This document shows, piece by piece, positions 27,769-31,503 of a stretch of 31,503 nucleotides of DNA. The notes below the pieces were generated by a model. The model was not told the DNA's origin. It saw only the letters and a list, made by a program, of their open reading frames with translations, and did not search any database. Every line of letters begins with the position of its first letter. Positions within the stretch are counted from its first letter, which is position 1. The position numbers and the translations under genes are program-made. Source of the stretch: a bacterium (lineage in GTDB: Bacteria; Hinthialibacterota; Hinthialibacteria; Hinthialibacterales; Hinthialibacteraceae); NCBI GenBank assembly GCA_963663405.2, contig CAXXSM010000113.1, positions 1 to 31,503 of the forward strand, written 5' to 3'.

Positions 27769-28872
27769 TTGATCGTAACCATTGTTTCCCTATGGGCGCA
27801 TAAGCTATTTCAACCTGATGAATCCCAACCGTTCGGTGGCGCGGAGTTGCAGCTCTTCATGCTTGCGCGGGAACTCGTCAAGCGGGATGGGGTGAAAGTC
27901 CAATTCATCACGCGTGGAGCCGGTGGAGCCGAAACATTTGAGCGGTATGGAATTCATGTGATTAAGCTTCCCTGCCGCAATACTTCATTGACCCGCGCTC
28001 TTTTTGGAACGTTTGACCTAACTAAGACGCTCTTGTCTCTCAAAAGTGATATCCTGATCCAACGGGGCGGCGGAATTGAAACCGGTATCGCAGGATTCGC
28101 CGCGCGGTGGAAGAGAATCCCCTTTCTGTTTATGACTTCCCATGATTGGGATGTGGATGGTACGCATGCGTATAAACGCGGCTGGCTCTATGGTTGGATA
28201 TACCGTTATGGATTATTACACTCCATCGCCACTGTCACACAAAGTGATTATCAGCGGGATCTTCTGGAAAAGAACTACGATCGAGAGATTGAGGTTATCC
28301 GCTCTTCCCACCCGATCCCTGAATCCATTCCACATCAAAAATCCGGTGTGCTATGGGTAGGGCGGTGCGAGACATGGAAAAATCCAGACAAGTTGATCCA
28401 CTTGGCAAAATCGCTTCCAGAGATCCCATTCACGATGGTCTGTCCAAAAGCGAACGCGCCGGATTTGTTCGAAACGATCCAGACGCAAGCGGATTCTCTC
28501 GATAACGTCACCTTCCTTGCTGGAATCCCGTTTGAGGAGAGCGAAAAACTCTTTTCCGAGTATCAACTTTTCGTCAATACATCCGATCAGGAAGGATTCC
28601 CCAATACTTTTGTTCAAGCTTGTAAATGGGGAACGCCCATCGTGTCATTGAATGTGAATCCGGACAACCTGTTGGAACAACGTTCTATGGGAGTCTGCGC
28701 GAATGGTAACATGGAAACGCTTGCTGAAACGATACGGGATTTACTGAAGGATGGTGAGAAATGGAAGAGATTAAGCGCCGCCGCACGGGATTACGCCCTC
28801 GAAAACCACGATATCCATATTAATGAAGAGAGACTCTATAATCTCCTGCAATCGATGACGGCCCGGCGCTAA
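27769..28872 (+). CDS. glycosyltransferase family 4
   Basis: FGGAELQ, LWVGR...WKNP, VNTSDQEGFPNTFVQA...GTPIVS (GT-B, GT4). Confidence 0.92.
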   Translation: MIVTIVSLWAHKLFQPDESQPFGGAELQLFMLARELVKRDGVKVQFITRGAGGAETFERYGIHVIKLPCRNTSLTRALFGTFDLTKTLLSLKSDILIQRGGGIETGIAGFAARWKRIPFLFMTSHDWDVDGTHAYKRGWLYGWIYRYGLLHSIATVTQSDYQRDLLEKNYDREIEVIRSSHPIPESIPHQKSGVLWVGRCETWKNPDKLIHLAKSLPEIPFTMVCPKANAPDLFETIQTQADSLDNVTFLAGIPFEESEKLFSEYQLFVNTSDQEGFPNTFVQACKWGTPIVSLNVNPDNLLEQRSMGVCANGNMETLAETIRDLLKDGEKWKRLSAAARDYALENHDIHINEERLYNLLQSMTARR

Positions 28873-28894
28873 GAGCATACGTGAAATCAAGAGA

Positions 28895-30091
28895 ATGAAA
28901 TCTGAAACGAACGAATCCTCCACCAATCTCTATCAACACGCCCAGGACGCCGCCGCACGGGGGGATATAGATACGGTCCTAAAAGCGCTTTTTGAGGTGA
29001 CGCGCCTCGATCCTCATCATAGAGAAGCGAACGCCAATCTTGCTTGGCTTCTCTCTCAACAGGGAGACTATCGCCGCGCTCTATCCTTTTATCTCCGCTT
29101 ACTCCGCATCAATCCTTTCAGCATTCAAGCGCATCTCCGTTCCGCGCAATGTTTCTGGTTTCTTATCCGGCGGCAAATTCATAAATGGGCCGAACGTCAT
29201 CGCTGGTTTGAGGCATTGCGGCGTTTTGGGAATCATATTCTGTGGACTCTAAGCCTGTTGATAGTCCGAATTTTGGAAATCGCAAAACGGCGGGAACCGG
29301 TTGTATCACGCTTTATGCGAGCCCAACGTGAAGCGGACACATTTGCGCGGATCAATCCATTTGAATACTACAAAGTCGCTGAAATTGATTTCGTCATGTC
29401 GTGTTTGAAAAAACACAAGAACGCGCTGATTTTGGATCTTGGAAGCGGGCGTTCCAGTTTCCCCACGTTCCTCGCAAAACAAGGCGCGATCGTTGTTACA
29501 GCAGAATTAGATCAGACGGCGCTCTCCACCCAGCGGCGCCTCGCACGGAGTTTTCCGGATCGAACTCTATTTACCGCCGCTGGGGATTTCTTGAATCTTC
29601 CCTTTCAGGACGAGACCTTTGACGCGATCACGATTATTTCCTCGATCGAACATGTCCCGGATCAAGGCGACATCGAGACCGTTAAACGGCTGGGCCGGTT
29701 GCTGCGCTCTGGTGGAGATTTGATCATCACCGTTCCCGCCGGCCCCCACGCTTCGGAACAATGGACCCGCGACTCGATCGGCCACGTCTACCAAGAAGCC
29801 CAAACCCAAGAAAACGCGGAAGGCTTTCTCCGCGTCTATAAACCTCAAACCCTCCATCAACGCCTGATCGAACCCAGCGGCCTCAAATTAAAACGCCTCG
29901 CATTCTTCGGAGAAACCACCCAATGGGGCTGGCTGGGCCTTGGAAGAAATTTCATCACCCACAAAAAACACCTTCAACCAAGCCCATTCGCCGCGCCCCT
30001 TTGTTTGGCTTTTTGCAGGGAACTTTCGGTGGATGAACTTGATACGGGGCATTGGGCGGTTGGTTGTGTTTGTTTGGGGAAGGGGGAGTGA
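28895..30091 (+). CDS. TPR-containing class I SAM-dependent methyltransferase
   Basis: N-terminal TPR-like helices (LDPHHREANANLAWLL..QGDY..AL). C-terminal ILDLGSG, GDFLNLPFQDETFD, SSIEHV, LLRSGGDLIITVP. Confidence 0.88.
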   Translation: MKSETNESSTNLYQHAQDAAARGDIDTVLKALFEVTRLDPHHREANANLAWLLSQQGDYRRALSFYLRLLRINPFSIQAHLRSAQCFWFLIRRQIHKWAERHRWFEALRRFGNHILWTLSLLIVRILEIAKRREPVVSRFMRAQREADTFARINPFEYYKVAEIDFVMSCLKKHKNALILDLGSGRSSFPTFLAKQGAIVVTAELDQTALSTQRRLARSFPDRTLFTAAGDFLNLPFQDETFDAITIISSIEHVPDQGDIETVKRLGRLLRSGGDLIITVPAGPHASEQWTRDSIGHVYQEAQTQENAEGFLRVYKPQTLHQRLIEPSGLKLKRLAFFGETTQWGWLGLGRNFITHKKHLQPSPFAAPLCLAFCRELSVDELDTGHWAVGCVCLGKGE

Positions 30092-30111
30092 AGTGTTATT
30101 GTATTCATATA

Positions 30112-31503
30112 CTATTCTACTAATCCATGTATCATCTTCAACTTGATAATATTATATCCTACTACATAGCAATAAATACTTGTAGGGATAAATTTAAGTT
30201 TCACACTCTTGTATATTTGGGTTTCATGATTAGTACGCGTTGTAATCATAACGTCAGAAAGATTATGAGCATGGCAAAAACCAATAATATGTTCTAGTTC
30301 TTTTAATCTTCGTGAATACCGATCCGACCACTTTACTTCAACTGCCCAATCAACTTTTTGATCATTCTTTTTTAAATTAACAAGATCAATTTCTCCTTTA
30401 TCCCATCTGGCATAACGCAAAGTTGTCACATCACTATGAAACCACTGAGAAAATAAAGCCGTTTCCACCATCGAACCAATCGCTTTATCTTCATCGTTAG
30501 AGTCTACGGGAGAATAAAGCGCGCTACGCAAAGAAGGATTTGTTAAATATACCTTAAAACTGTGAGCCCGTTTGAACCGTTTTGCATTCTGATCGATTCG
30601 ATGAACAACACGAATTAGAAAAGCCGCTTCAAAATATCCGATATATTTCTTTATTGTATTTTTTGACACATTAGATTTATTTATAAGTTCTTCCAATGAG
30701 ACTTCTCCAGCCGAATTATAAGCCAAAGTCGAAAACAAGGAATTTAATTCTTGTACATCATGAATCCCATAAAGACTGGGTAAATCGCGTAATAATACCT
30801 TGTCAATAATATCGCTTTTAATGAACCGACCAGGATCAGCCCGGATGTCTCCAGATAATATCGCCTCTGGATAACCGCCATAATTTATATAGTTGATGAA
30901 TTCATTATTGAGATCGTCTATTTTTGAACAAGCAAAATCCCGGATTGTTCCATATGTACTAATTTCTTTTTTTTCAATTAGATCTTCTTTATTTAGGAGA
31001 AAAATATATTCATAAAAAGTCAAAGGAGGTAGCAGAAAATCCGTAAACCGCCCCGCGCCGGATTCGTTGCTCTTCAAATGAAGGGCAGCGGCGGCGGAGC
31101 CTGACACGACACACTTGATAGATGGATAGATATCCACGAGTACTTTGAGATGCTTCTCCCAATCTTTCAGGTACTGAATCTCGTCAAAAAAAACAAAACA
31201 TTCCGTCGTTGTATAATCAATACCAGCCGCTTTCTGGTAAAATTCCAATAAGTGTTCCAGTCCCATCCCCGTGAAGAGTGGGTGATCGACTGAGAAGTAA
31301 CAGATATGCTTTGGATCAACGCCATCACACATCAATTTCTTTATTGTATGATGGATCATCACCGTTTTCCCAACTCGCCTTGGCCCCATCAATACAACCG
31401 CCCTTCGTACCGACCGGTTCTGCACGAGTGGATAGAATAATTCCATATAAGGACGTGGCGACCAATCGTCATTGATCCGTGTGCTCAATGACCGATCTTT
31501 CCA
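30112..31503 (-). CDS. AAA+ ATPase (AAA_14) with DUF4143 / PD-(D/E)XK-like C-terminus, 5' partial
   Basis: GPRRVGKT, FFDEIQ, SGS, GAGR, YGGYPE, wHTH-like KNTIKKYI, EIDLV...AVEVKW. The frame stays open to the window edge (WKDRSLST). Confidence 0.92.
   Translation of the reverse strand, partial: WKDRSLSTRINDDWSPRPYMELFYPLVQNRSVRRAVVLMGPRRVGKTVMIHHTIKKLMCDGVDPKHICYFSVDHPLFTGMGLEHLLEFYQKAAGIDYTTTECFVFFDEIQYLKDWEKHLKVLVDIYPSIKCVVSGSAAAALHLKSNESGAGRFTDFLLPPLTFYEYIFLLNKEDLIEKKEISTYGTIRDFACSKIDDLNNEFINYINYGGYPEAILSGDIRADPGRFIKSDIIDKVLLRDLPSLYGIHDVQELNSLFSTLAYNSAGEVSLEELINKSNVSKNTIKKYIGYFEAAFLIRVVHRIDQNAKRFKRAHSFKVYLTNPSLRSALYSPVDSNDEDKAIGSMVETALFSQWFHSDVTTLRYARWDKGEIDLVNLKKNDQKVDWAVEVKWSDRYSRRLKELEHIIGFCHAHNLSDVMITTRTNHETQIYKSVKLKFIPTSIYCYVVGYNIIKLKMIHGLVE

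Noticed and set aside
1-31503. tRNA, rRNA, CRISPR array, integrase or prophage genes; remaining short antisense ORFs
   Set aside because: None recognised by eye. The short ORFs are shadows of well-supported genes.

Overview
Bacterial chromosomal window of moderate GC from an unidentified, probably uncultured lineage. The first ~6.8 kb is full of single-base indels, almost certainly long-read errors. It holds a DegT-family aminotransferase, purD, a secreted DUF1080 protein, and a BlaI repressor followed by a BlaR1/M56 protease fused to 14 WD40 repeats, with a clear promoter/operator. A secreted protein follows that shares a C-terminal (D/E)W-hydrophobic tail with the WD40 fusion. Next come an ABC exporter, an RlmI-type methyltransferase and bshC. 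About 13.2-21.4 kb is an AT-richer accessory island of co-oriented genes: a divergent GalT/HIT-fold enzyme, two orphan antitoxins, two complete TA pairs, an antitoxin pseudogene, an IS5 remnant, and cassette-like small genes bracketed by a 100-bp direct repeat with degenerate attC-like spacers. The right part encodes a WecA/TagO-like transferase, an atypical acetate kinase, prs, a GH29 fucosidase, a MITE-like palindrome, a GT4, a TPR-methyltransferase and a 5'-truncated AAA+/DUF4143 ATPase. No rRNA, tRNA, CRISPR array or integrase was seen. All family assignments come from motif recognition by eye, not from database searches.
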